Shown: positions 9,708 to 18,132 of the stretch, in pieces
Layout: each line of letters begins with the position of its first letter
Position numbering within the stretch: the first letter of the stretch is position 1
NCBI GenBank assembly: GCA_021298815.1
Contig: JAJTHE010000031.1
Location: 21-64,020, forward strand
Reading direction: 5' to 3'
Origin: Betaproteobacteria bacterium
GTDB taxonomy: Bacteria > Pseudomonadota > Gammaproteobacteria > Burkholderiales > CAIKXV01
Length of the DNA: 64,000 bases
Position numbers and translations under genes: made by a program
The notes under the pieces: model-generated
What the model was told of the DNA's origin: nothing
The model's input: only the letters and a program-made list of their open reading frames with translations
Database searches by the model: none

Positions 9708-11243
9708 TCAGGAACCGGACGGACGTTCGAGGTCCGCGACCTCTCCGACGGTGACCGGAAGCACCGGCGCACGCACCCGGAAGCACCCGACCTCCGACGG
9801 CGTCCGATGCTGGGTCGCTGCGATCAGTTCGGTCACGGTCAGTCCGCACATCCGGCCCTGGCAGGGTCCCATGCCGCAGCGGCTGAACGCCTTCATCTGG
9901 TTGGGACCGGGCACGCCGGTCAGCGCCAGCTGGCGCACCTCCCCGGCCGTCACTTCCTCGCAGCGGCAGACGATCGTGTCGTCGTCGGCAGGCACCCGCA
10001 TCGCCGACGGCGGCTGGTACAGCCGGTCGAGGAACGGGCGCACGCTCCAGTGCGCCTTCAGCGCGCGCCGCGCGAGCCAGGCGCGGCGGTCGCGCTCGGC
10101 GGTATCGATGCGCCGCTGCTGCCAGGCGATCGACAGCCCGGACAGTTCTCCGGCAAACAGCGCCGCCTCGGCGCCACCGATGCCGGCGCTGTCCCCGGCC
10201 ACCAGCACCCCGGCCAGCGTCGTGTTGCCCCAGGTGTCGACGGCTGGCCGGAAGCAGCGCTGGGCCGCATCCCAGTAATGCTCGAGGCCGAGCGACTGCC
10301 ACAGGTTCGCATTGGGCACCACGCCCTGGTGCAGCAGCACGGTCTGCGCGGCAATCCGGTGCTCGCGGCCGCCGCTGCGGAACGCGACGGCCTCGGCCCG
10401 GGCAGTGCCCTCGATGCGCAGTTCGGTGGCGGCTGCGAAACGCGCAACCCCGGAGCGGCGCAGCGCGCCGATCAGCGACAACCCCTTGGACAGGTAGCCG
10501 GGCGCCAGCAGCGCCGGCCAGAGCCGCGCCGCCGCACGCAGGTAGTTGCCCGACGGCACCGTGCCCACCACCGCCGCGGGTTTCACGCCGGCGCGCAGCA
10601 GCTGCACCGCCAGCAGCAGCACCAGCGGCCCCGACCCGACCAGCACCACCGGCGAGCCCGGGACCATCGCCGCCGTCTTCAGCATCACCTGGGCTGCACC
10701 GCAGGTGAGCACGCCGGGCAGAGTCCAGCCCGGCACCGGCACTGGCCGTTCGTAGGCGCCGGTCGCCACCAGCACGTGGCGCGCCGCAACATGGTGTGCG
10801 CCGCGCGCATCGGTGTAAAACAGGTGGCGGTCGGCGCCAGTGCGCCGGCGCTCGACATGCACCGCCTCGTCGTCCGGGCCGGTATCGAGCGCGCTGCCGC
10901 TGGGCAGCACGAACGCGCCAGGCGGATCGGGGTCCCGGGCCTGCGCGGCGACCGGCGTGGCGACCTCGACCTGCCAGACGCGAGCCCCGGGCCGGAAGTC
11001 GGCGCCGCAGGCGCGGAAGCGCTGTGCGAAAGAGAAGCCGTCCGCATACTCGGAACCGAACACGAAGAGATCCTGCGGTCGGCGCGTGGTGACCGACTCG
11101 ATGTTGCGCCAGACCTGGCCGCCGGGCGTCGGCTGCTCGTCCAGCACCACGGTGCGCAGCCGGTTGCGCCGCGCTTCCAGCGCCGCGGCCATGCCGGCCG
11201 GCCCGGCACCGACGATCGCCAGGTCGAAACGCTCGACCGTCAT
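9708..11243 (-). CDS. NAD(P)/FAD-dependent oxidoreductase, opine-oxidase subunit A / HcnB-like
   Basis: MTVERFDLAIVGAGPAGMAAALEA (dinucleotide fold) and a BFD-like [2Fe-2S] motif (CRCEEVTAGEV...CGMGPCQGRMC). ATGA overlap with the upstream 2Fe-2S gene. Confidence 0.8.
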   Translation of the reverse strand: MTVERFDLAIVGAGPAGMAAALEARRNRLRTVVLDEQPTPGGQVWRNIESVTTRRPQDLFVFGSEYADGFSFAQRFRACGADFRPGARVWQVEVATPVAAQARDPDPPGAFVLPSGSALDTGPDDEAVHVERRRTGADRHLFYTDARGAHHVAARHVLVATGAYERPVPVPGWTLPGVLTCGAAQVMLKTAAMVPGSPVVLVGSGPLVLLLAVQLLRAGVKPAAVVGTVPSGNYLRAAARLWPALLAPGYLSKGLSLIGALRRSGVARFAAATELRIEGTARAEAVAFRSGGREHRIAAQTVLLHQGVVPNANLWQSLGLEHYWDAAQRCFRPAVDTWGNTTLAGVLVAGDSAGIGGAEAALFAGELSGLSIAWQQRRIDTAERDRRAWLARRALKAHWSVRPFLDRLYQPPSAMRVPADDDTIVCRCEEVTAGEVRQLALTGVPGPNQMKAFSRCGMGPCQGRMCGLTVTELIAATQHRTPSEVGCFRVRAPVLPVTVGEVADLERPSGS

Positions 11244-11557
11244 CGCGCAGGCTCCAGGCCGACGCGCCGATGCCCGTCCTGGCAGCGCACGTCCATCCCG
11301 GGTTCGGCGACCACCATGCAGGCCTGCCGGTTGGGCACGCCATCGATCTCGACCAGGCAGTCGAAGCAGATACCCATCATGCAATAGGGTGCGCGCGCGC
11401 TGCCGGAGCGCGCGGTCAGGCGGGCGATCGACCCGCGCTGAAGCAGGGCTGCGGCCACCGTCGCGCCGGAGGGCACGGTGCAGGGCTCGCCGTCGACCGC
11501 CAGCGTGACCTCGGGCCGCGGCGCCTCGGCGCCGTCGTCACGCAGGCTGCGGAACAT
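11240..11557 (-). CDS. (2Fe-2S)-binding small subunit (HcnA / opine oxidase small-subunit-like)
   Basis: 105 aa: VTLAVDGEPCTVPSGATVAAALLQ...APYCMMGICFDCLVEIDGVPNRQACM. Confidence 0.75.
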   Translation of the reverse strand: MFRSLRDDGAEAPRPEVTLAVDGEPCTVPSGATVAAALLQRGSIARLTARSGSARAPYCMMGICFDCLVEIDGVPNRQACMVVAEPGMDVRCQDGHRRVGLEPAR

Positions 11558-12752
11558 TCGCCTCCTTCCCCGCCGTGGCCGGCGACGCTGCCGCCCCGGC
11601 CGCCTGCGCCGGGCCCGCGAAGCGGGCGGCCGAGCAGTGCGCATACTGCGACGGCAGGCTACCGCGGGAGATCGCCGCAGCCACGCCGTGCACATGCACC
11701 GCCGCCAGCGTGACGCCGCTGTGGCAGGACACCACCCAGGCGCCGGGGCATGACGCGCTCGCCTCGTACACCGGCAGGCCGTCGGGCGTCATCACCCGCA
11801 GCGCCGCCCAGCTGCGCACGATGCGCAGCCCGCCGATCGCGGGAAAGGTGTCCACCGCACGCCGTGCGATCGCGCCCGCGTTGCCGATGGTGACGCGGTC
11901 GTCGAAGCCCGCCTCTTCCTGCGACGAGCCGAGCAGCAGCCCGCCCTCGTCGGTCTGCCGGATGTCCGCGGTCGGGAACGGCAGCAGGGGCCGCACCTTC
12001 TCGGTGACCAGCACCTGGCCGCGCACCGGCCGCACCGGACAGTCGACCCCGACCATCGGTGCCAGCAGCCGGTTGCCCAGGCCGGCGGCGAGCACCACCT
12101 GCGGCGTCCAGGCAGTGCCCCATGCCGTGCGGACCTCGAAGCCGTCGCCGCCGACCACCGGATCGATCGCCTCCACCGGCGAGCCGAAGCGATGGGTGGT
12201 GCCCAGGGCGATCGCGGACTCGTACAGTGCGCGCAGCAGGCGCAGCGGGTTCACGTCGCCATCGTAGGGCGTGTAGGACGCTCCGACCACCTTGCGCCCC
12301 AGCGCCGGTGCCCCGGACAGCCTGCGTTCCAGGCTGCCACGCTCCAGCATCTCGAACTCGAAGCCGTGGTCGCCGGCCTCGGCCTGGATGCGTCGCATCA
12401 AGCGGGTGCGCGCATCGAAGGCCGCAGCGTCGAGGCAGAACGAGAAGCCCCCCGGCTGCCGCAGGCCGACGTCGATGCCCGACGCCTCGCGCAGTCCGCG
12501 TGCCAGGTCGTCCCACTGCAGCGCCGACTCGCGCGTGAGGCGGTGGTAGGCCGGCACGCCCGCCCCCTTGTCCTGCACCCACACCTGGCCGAAGTTGCCG
12601 CGCGCCGCGCGCAGCGCGAGGTCGCCCTCGTCGTGCACGACCACGCGCCGGCCCAGCCGGGCGAGCCCGTAGGCGATCGACCAGCCGACCAGGCCGCCGC
12701 CGATGATCGCGAACTCGGGGCGCGCGCCGTACGCCGACCGGCCGGTGCTCAC
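11538..12752 (-). CDS. FAD-dependent oxidoreductase (DAO family; opine oxidase subunit B / HcnC-like)
   Basis: EFAIIGGGLVGWSIAYGLARLGRRVVVHDEG is a GxGxxG FAD fold, with DAO-like sequence throughout. GTG at 12752 is chosen as the start because the upstream gene stop lies at 12772; the start is uncertain. Confidence 0.8.
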   Translation of the reverse strand: MSTGRSAYGARPEFAIIGGGLVGWSIAYGLARLGRRVVVHDEGDLALRAARGNFGQVWVQDKGAGVPAYHRLTRESALQWDDLARGLREASGIDVGLRQPGGFSFCLDAAAFDARTRLMRRIQAEAGDHGFEFEMLERGSLERRLSGAPALGRKVVGASYTPYDGDVNPLRLLRALYESAIALGTTHRFGSPVEAIDPVVGGDGFEVRTAWGTAWTPQVVLAAGLGNRLLAPMVGVDCPVRPVRGQVLVTEKVRPLLPFPTADIRQTDEGGLLLGSSQEEAGFDDRVTIGNAGAIARRAVDTFPAIGGLRIVRSWAALRVMTPDGLPVYEASASCPGAWVVSCHSGVTLAAVHVHGVAAAISRGSLPSQYAHCSAARFAGPAQAAGAAASPATAGKEANVPQPA

Positions 12753-12771
12753 GGTGCGGCGCGTCCGGCGT

Positions 12772-13785
12772 TCAATCGACGGTCGCCCCCGTCTCGCGCA
12801 CGATCCGGCTCCACAACGCGACATCGGCGGCGATGATCCGGCCGAACTGTGCCGGCGTGGTCACCAGCGGCTCGGCTCCCTGCGCCGCGAAGCGATCGAC
12901 GGTCTCGCGCGAGGCCAGCAGCCGGTTGATGTCGCCGTTGATGCGCGTGACCACCGCCTCGGGCAGGCCGGCCGGTCCGAGCACGCCGAACCAGGGCGTC
13001 ACGTCGAAGCCGGGGAAACCCGATTCCGCCACCGTCGGCACATCCTTCAGCAGCGCCGCGCGGCGGCCGCTGGTGACCGCGATCGCGCGCAGCGAACCGG
13101 CCTTCAGGTGTCCGATCACGGAAGGCATGCTGGTGAAGGTGAACTGCACCTGGCCCGACAGGGTGTCGGTGATCGCGCCGGCCGCACCCTTGTAGGGCAC
13201 ATGCGTGAACTGCACCTTGGCCGCGCTTGCCAGCATCGGTCCCAGCAGGTGGTTCACCGTGCCGTTGCCCGCGGAGCCGAACCGGACCTCCCCGGGCTTG
13301 CTGCGCGCGAGCGCGACCAGGTCGCCGACGTTCTTCACCGGCAGCGGCGCATGCACCGCCACCACGAACGGCACGCTCGCCAGCGTCGCCAGCGGCGTGA
13401 AGCTCTTCTGCGGATCCCAGGTCAATCCCTTGTACAGGCTGGGATTGATGGCATGGGTACCGACGAAGCCGAGCAGCCAGGTGTAGCCATCGGGCGAGGC
13501 CTTGGCGACCAGGTCGTTGCCGATGTTGCCGCCGGCACCGGGCCGGTTGTCGACCAGCACCTGCTGTCCCCAGGCGTCGGCGAGCTGCTGGCCTATGATG
13601 CGGGCCAGGGCGTCGGAGGCGCCACCCGGCGTCTGCGGCACCACCAGCCGGATCGAGCGGGCCGGCCAGGCCTGCGCCGAGCCGGGTGCCGGTGCCTGCG
13701 CCTGCGCCGCAGCGGGCACCAGGCAGAGCGAGGCCAGCAGCGCCGGCAGCAAGGGTTTGCAGGTATCACGATCCATCATGGTCAT
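12772..13785 (-). CDS. Bug-family (TctC-like) tripartite tricarboxylate transporter substrate-binding protein
   Basis: Signal peptide followed by WPARSIRLVVPQTPGGASDALARIIGQQL...VDNRPGAGGNIG...VPYKGAAGAITDTLSGQVQF, the canonical Bug pattern. Confidence 0.9.
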   Translation of the reverse strand: MTMMDRDTCKPLLPALLASLCLVPAAAQAQAPAPGSAQAWPARSIRLVVPQTPGGASDALARIIGQQLADAWGQQVLVDNRPGAGGNIGNDLVAKASPDGYTWLLGFVGTHAINPSLYKGLTWDPQKSFTPLATLASVPFVVAVHAPLPVKNVGDLVALARSKPGEVRFGSAGNGTVNHLLGPMLASAAKVQFTHVPYKGAAGAITDTLSGQVQFTFTSMPSVIGHLKAGSLRAIAVTSGRRAALLKDVPTVAESGFPGFDVTPWFGVLGPAGLPEAVVTRINGDINRLLASRETVDRFAAQGAEPLVTTPAQFGRIIAADVALWSRIVRETGATVD

Positions 13786-13823
13786 CTCCTCCGCCCAGCT
13801 GTCCGGTCGTCGCGCCGGTACGT

Positions 13824-14663
13824 TCAGCGCGGCCGGTCGCCCGCCAGGGTGATCCGGTGCATCACGCGCCGGTGTCCATGGTAGTCGTTCACCGGGTTGT
13901 GCTGCACGCAGCGGTTGTCCCAGATGGCGATCGAACCCGGCTGCCACGAAAAGCGGCAGGTGAACTCGGGTCGCACCTGGTGCGAGAACAGGAAGGCGAG
14001 CAGCGGTGCGCTCTCCTCGTCGGTCCATCCGGCGAACCGGGCGGTATGCGCGATGTTCACGTACAGCGCGCGCCGGCCGGTCTCGGGATGGGTGCGCAGC
14101 ACCGGATGCTCGGCGGAATACACCTGCCGCGCATCCTCCCGTCCGCCGTCCCGGATGCGGTCCTCGCGCGTGCGGCTGACGTCGGCCTTGGCCGAACTCG
14201 ACACGCCGGTCAGCGTGGCCAGCGTCGCCTGCAGCGCGGGCGACAGGGCTTCCAGCGCGCTGTACTGGCAGGCGAACAGGGTATCGCCGCCGAACGGCGG
14301 GACCTCGCGCGCGATCAGCATCGAGGCCATCGGCGGCTGCTCGAGGTAGGTGGTGTCCGAATGCCAGATGCCGCCGAAGTTGTTGCGCTCGTGTTCGAGC
14401 TTGACCACGGGCGTGATCATCGGGAAATCGTCCAGCCCCTTCACGAACGGATACTCGACCGGCTGCCCGAACCAGCCGGCGAGCCGCAGGTACTGGGCCG
14501 GGGACAGCGACTGGTCGCGGAAGAACAGCACGCCATGGTCGAGCCAGGCGCGGCGCAGTGCCGCGATGGCCTGCGCCGGCTGCTCGCGCGACAGGTCGAT
14601 ACCGTGGACCTCCGCCCCGAGCGCGCCGGCCACCCGGCGCAGTTCGAACCCCTCGGCTGCCAT
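13824..14663 (-). CDS. TauD/TfdA-family Fe(II)/2-oxoglutarate dioxygenase
   Basis: 279 aa: GIWHSDTTYLEQPPMASMLIAREVPPFGGDTLFA (HxD facial triad) ...IWDNRCVQHNPVNDYHGHRRVMHRITL. Confidence 0.9.
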   Translation of the reverse strand: MAAEGFELRRVAGALGAEVHGIDLSREQPAQAIAALRRAWLDHGVLFFRDQSLSPAQYLRLAGWFGQPVEYPFVKGLDDFPMITPVVKLEHERNNFGGIWHSDTTYLEQPPMASMLIAREVPPFGGDTLFACQYSALEALSPALQATLATLTGVSSSAKADVSRTREDRIRDGGREDARQVYSAEHPVLRTHPETGRRALYVNIAHTARFAGWTDEESAPLLAFLFSHQVRPEFTCRFSWQPGSIAIWDNRCVQHNPVNDYHGHRRVMHRITLAGDRPR

Positions 14664-14695
14664 CGCCCGCCTCCTGCCTGTGCCTGTAGGCTTGC

Positions 14696-15586
14696 TCAGT
14701 CGACCGGGTTGCTCAGCGTGCCGATCGGCTCGATGGTGACCGCCACGGTGTCGCCGCGCTTGAGGTACCTGGGCGGGTTGAAGCCGATGCCCACGCCGGC
14801 GCAGGTGCCGGTGGCGATCAGGTCGCCCGGCTCGAGCGTCATCAGCCCCGAGATCTCCTCGATCAGCGTAGGGATGTCGAAGATCAGGTCGGACACCGGT
14901 GCGTCCTGGCGCAGTTCGCCGTTGACGCGAGTCTGCAGCTGCAGCTTCGTCACGTCGGGCACCTCGTCGGCGGTGACGATGCACGGGCCCATCGGACAGA
15001 AGCCATCGAGGCTCTTGCCCAGGAACCACTGCTTGTGCCGGTGCTGCAGCGTGCGCGCGGTGGCGTCGTTGATGATGGTGTAGCCGTACACGTGCCTGAA
15101 CGCGTCGGCCTTCTTCACGTTGCGCGCGACCGATCCGATGACGACGGTGAGTTCGCCCTCGTAGTCGACCGAGTTCGTCGGGTCGTTGGCGCTGGGGATC
15201 GGATCGCCGGGGCCGGTCACCGAGTTGGGCCACTTGGTGAAGATGATCGGCACGTCCGGGATGGCGTCCTTGCCGGCGCTGGCATCGAAGCCCGACTGGT
15301 GGAACTCCTTCGCATGCTCGTGGTAGTTCTTGCCCACGCACAGGATGTTCTTCGACGGCCGCGGGATCGGCGCCAGCAGGCGCACCCGGTCGAGCGCGAC
15401 CTGCCCGCGGTCGGACGCCGCCGCCTTGCGCGCGGCCTCCACCGCCGCCGCGCCGGCGGCGATGAAGGCGCCCATCTCGCGCGGCAGCGACGGCGCGGCC
15501 ACCGACAGGTCGGTGACCCACTTCCACCCCGCGTCGAGCACGCCGACACGGGTGCCGGCGGCATCGGAAAACGTGACCAGTTTCAT
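14696..15586 (-). CDS. fumarylacetoacetate hydrolase (FAH) family protein
   Basis: MKLVTFSDAAGTRVGVLD...NILCVGKNYHEHAKE...VDYEGELTVVIG...WFLGKSLDGFCPMGP...GDLIATGTCAGVG. Confidence 0.9.
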   Translation of the reverse strand: MKLVTFSDAAGTRVGVLDAGWKWVTDLSVAAPSLPREMGAFIAAGAAAVEAARKAAASDRGQVALDRVRLLAPIPRPSKNILCVGKNYHEHAKEFHQSGFDASAGKDAIPDVPIIFTKWPNSVTGPGDPIPSANDPTNSVDYEGELTVVIGSVARNVKKADAFRHVYGYTIINDATARTLQHRHKQWFLGKSLDGFCPMGPCIVTADEVPDVTKLQLQTRVNGELRQDAPVSDLIFDIPTLIEEISGLMTLEPGDLIATGTCAGVGIGFNPPRYLKRGDTVAVTIEPIGTLSNPVD

Positions 15587-15625
15587 CGAGGATCCTCTCT
15601 TTCGGTATTCGTGTCGGCGCGTCGG

Positions 15626-15668
15626 GTCAGGACGCGAAAAGTCAGGACGCGGAAAGTCAGGCCGGCGC
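15626..15668. repeat. 2.5 copies of a 15-nt tandem repeat (gtcaggacgcgRaaa)
   Basis: gtcaggacgcgaaaa / gtcaggacgcggaaa / gtcaggccggcgc lies in the permease-FAH spacer. The third copy overlaps the permease stop codon (15657). Confidence 0.5.
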
Positions 15669-17018
15669 GCGTTCGTTGGCGGCACGCGCCCACAGGTAGA
15701 CCGGGATGCCGGCAAGCAGCACGCCGACCGCGATCAGGCCGTTGAGCTTCGCGTAGTTGATGCCCGACCAGAGCATGTAGGCGCAGAACGCGCAGAACAG
15801 GATCGGCACCACCGGATACAGGTGCACGGCGTACGAGTTCACCGGCCTGCCTTCGCGCGCACGGAAGATGAACAGCGCGATGCCGTTGAGCAGCATGAAC
15901 GACCAGAACACCGGCGCGGTGTACTCGACCAGCACCTTGAAGCCGTCCTTCTGGATCGCGCCGAACACCACCAGCGCGAGCGCCAGCACAGTCTGCACCA
16001 GCAGGGCATTGGCCGGCGTGTTTCGGCCTTCGTTCCAGCGGCCCATGAACGAGAAGATCCGGAAGTCGCGGCCCAGCGCATAGTTCGTGCGCGCACCGGT
16101 GAAGATGGTCGCGTTCAGGGTGGTGCCGATCTCGACCAGGATCACGATCGTGATGATCACCGCGCCCACGGTGCCGGCGACCGCCTTCATCATGTCGGTG
16201 CCCACGGCGCGGCTGGCACGGATGCCGTCGATGCCCAGCACGTTCAGGTAGGCGAGGTTGAGCAGCAGGTAGATCACCGTCACCACTGCCAGGCCCATAA
16301 GGAACACGCGCACCATGTTGCGCTTGGCATCCTTCAGTTCGCCCGACAGGTAGACCGTCTCGTTCCAGCCACCGTAGGTAAGCATCACGAACACGAAGGC
16401 GAGGCCGAGCGCCGCGCCGGACGGGTCGAACGGCTTGGACAGGGTCGGCACCGGGCCGCTCGGGGTCATGGTCAGCCCGACCACGATGATCACCGCGAAC
16501 GCACAGACCAGCGTCACGGTCAGCACGTTCTGCAGCAGCGTGCTCTGCTTCGTGCCGAGGTAGTTGATGAACGACAGCGCGACGATCAGGATCGCCGCCC
16601 ACAATGGTTCGCTCAGCGACCCGAAGTTGGCCCAGCCGAAGCCCTCGAACGCCGACAGCCGGGTCATGTACTGCGCGAACAGGAAGCCGATCGCCGCGAT
16701 GATGCCGGCCTGGATCACCGTCAGCCGCCCCCAGGCGAACAGGAAGCCGAGCCCCTTGCCGTAGGCCCGGGTCAGGAAGTTGTATTCGCCGCCGGCATCG
16801 GGATAGCGTCCGGCCAGCTCCGCATAGCAGAGCACGCCGAGCAGCGAGACGAAGCCGCCGATCACCCAGAGGGCGATGTACCAGCCGGCATCGGGCGAAT
16901 TGAGCGCGACCAGCCACGGCGTGCCGAAGATGCCGACGCCGATCACCATGCCGACCATCAGCGCGGTGGCATCGAAAACCGACAGGGTCTGCCTGGGTGC
17001 TGCCGAGCCTTGCGACAT
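15657..17018 (-). CDS. APC-superfamily amino acid permease
   Basis: 453 aa, about 12 predicted TM segments. LSVFDATALMVGMVIGVGIFGTP...CYAELAGRYPDAGGEYNFLTRAYG. Confidence 0.9.
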   Translation of the reverse strand: MSQGSAAPRQTLSVFDATALMVGMVIGVGIFGTPWLVALNSPDAGWYIALWVIGGFVSLLGVLCYAELAGRYPDAGGEYNFLTRAYGKGLGFLFAWGRLTVIQAGIIAAIGFLFAQYMTRLSAFEGFGWANFGSLSEPLWAAILIVALSFINYLGTKQSTLLQNVLTVTLVCAFAVIIVVGLTMTPSGPVPTLSKPFDPSGAALGLAFVFVMLTYGGWNETVYLSGELKDAKRNMVRVFLMGLAVVTVIYLLLNLAYLNVLGIDGIRASRAVGTDMMKAVAGTVGAVIITIVILVEIGTTLNATIFTGARTNYALGRDFRIFSFMGRWNEGRNTPANALLVQTVLALALVVFGAIQKDGFKVLVEYTAPVFWSFMLLNGIALFIFRAREGRPVNSYAVHLYPVVPILFCAFCAYMLWSGINYAKLNGLIAVGVLLAGIPVYLWARAANERAPA

Positions 17019-17147
17019 GCCGTTCCTTCCGTCAGTGGGCCAGGTCGCGCGGCTGCCGCACGCCCCGGCCCGGGGTTGTGATGGTTCTAGGGGGTGGCGC
17101 GATGGTATCGCCTTCGCCGCGCCGGCAGGAATGCTGCATGCGCGCGC

Positions 17148-18038
17148 TCAGGGCTTCTTCGCCACGCGCACCGCGCTCCAGGGCGCGCTGGAGGGCGGCG
17201 CGTTGTCGCCGTTGACCATCCGCACCGATCCCTTGATCGTGTTGCCCGAGACCCGACCGCTGTATTCGTGGCGGATACGCAGGCCGCCCGCGTCACCGAT
17301 CACCGTGAACGAGAGCTCGTCGCCGCGCAGCCGCGCATCCGTCAGCCAGAACGGGTCGTTGTCGATCTTCACCGGACCGCTGATCACCTGGAACTGCTGG
17401 CGCAGCTCGATGCTGAACTCCGGGTTGCCCTTGCCGACCGGCTGCTTCCAGGCCCATTCGCCCTCCACCCGCGCCGGCACGATCCACAGGTACACGCGCG
17501 TCCAGCCACGGTCGGCCCGGGCATCGGGCATCCACTCGGCCATGTCGAAATCGTGCGAGACGACGCGCGTGCCCGGCCGCAGCTCGGACAGGATGCGCGG
17601 ACGCAGCTTCAGGTTGACCGCGGGCAGCAGGTACATGGTGAGCACCGTCGCCTTCGACAGGTCGGTCTCGAACAGGTCGCGCTGGTAGAACGCGACCCGG
17701 TCGGCCACGCCTTCCTTCTCGGCGTTGCGCAGGGACAGCTTCCAGCGCTCGCTGTTCAGTTCCACGCCGAAGCCGGTTGCACCGAACTGCTTCGCGGCGG
17801 TGATCACGATCCTGCCGTCGCCCGACCCGAGGTCGATCAGGTAGTCCTTCGGGCCGACGCCGGCCATGCGCAGCATGCGGTCGACGGTCTCGTCGCTGGT
17901 CGGCACGAACGGCACGTCCAGCGGCCGGTCCATCGACTGTGCCAGCGCCGGCAGTGCCAGCGACCCGGTGCCGGCCAGCAGCGCCTGCATCCAGCGGCGG
18001 CGTTCACGGAATCGTTCGTCAAGTCCGGCTGCTGCCAT
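17148..18038 (-). CDS. exported class I SAM-methyltransferase-like protein, paralog A (subfamily I)
   Basis: GGAGA lies 8 nt upstream of ATG 18038 (alternative ATG at 18068). Signal: RERRRWMQALLAGTGSLALPALA|QS. VPFVPTSDETVDRMLRMAGVGPKDYLIDLGSGDGRIVITAAK; GFGVELN; ATVLTMYLLP; LRPGTRVVSHDF. C-terminal module: VPARVEGEWAW...PWSAVRVAKKP. Confidence 0.85.
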   Translation of the reverse strand: MAAAGLDERFRERRRWMQALLAGTGSLALPALAQSMDRPLDVPFVPTSDETVDRMLRMAGVGPKDYLIDLGSGDGRIVITAAKQFGATGFGVELNSERWKLSLRNAEKEGVADRVAFYQRDLFETDLSKATVLTMYLLPAVNLKLRPRILSELRPGTRVVSHDFDMAEWMPDARADRGWTRVYLWIVPARVEGEWAWKQPVGKGNPEFSIELRQQFQVISGPVKIDNDPFWLTDARLRGDELSFTVIGDAGGLRIRHEYSGRVSGNTIKGSVRMVNGDNAPPSSAPWSAVRVAKKP

Positions 18039-18079
18039 TCTGGCTGTCTCCTGGGGTACCTGTTTCATCGATCGGTGCT

Positions 18080-18119
18080 GTCGTGGGGTCGTGGGGTCGT
18101 GGGGTCGTGGGGTCGTGGC
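18080..18119. repeat. octanucleotide tandem repeat (gtcgtggg x4 plus one imperfect copy); G4-N4-G4-N4-G4-N4-G4 on the plus strand
   Basis: Units at 18080-87, 18088-95, 18096-103 and 18104-111, plus gtcgtggc at 18112-119. GGGG runs lie at 18085-88, 18093-96, 18101-04 and 18109-12. The repeat sits between the paralog B stop (18133) and the paralog A start. Confidence 0.9.
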
Positions 18120-18132
18120 GGTGCGCCGCCGG

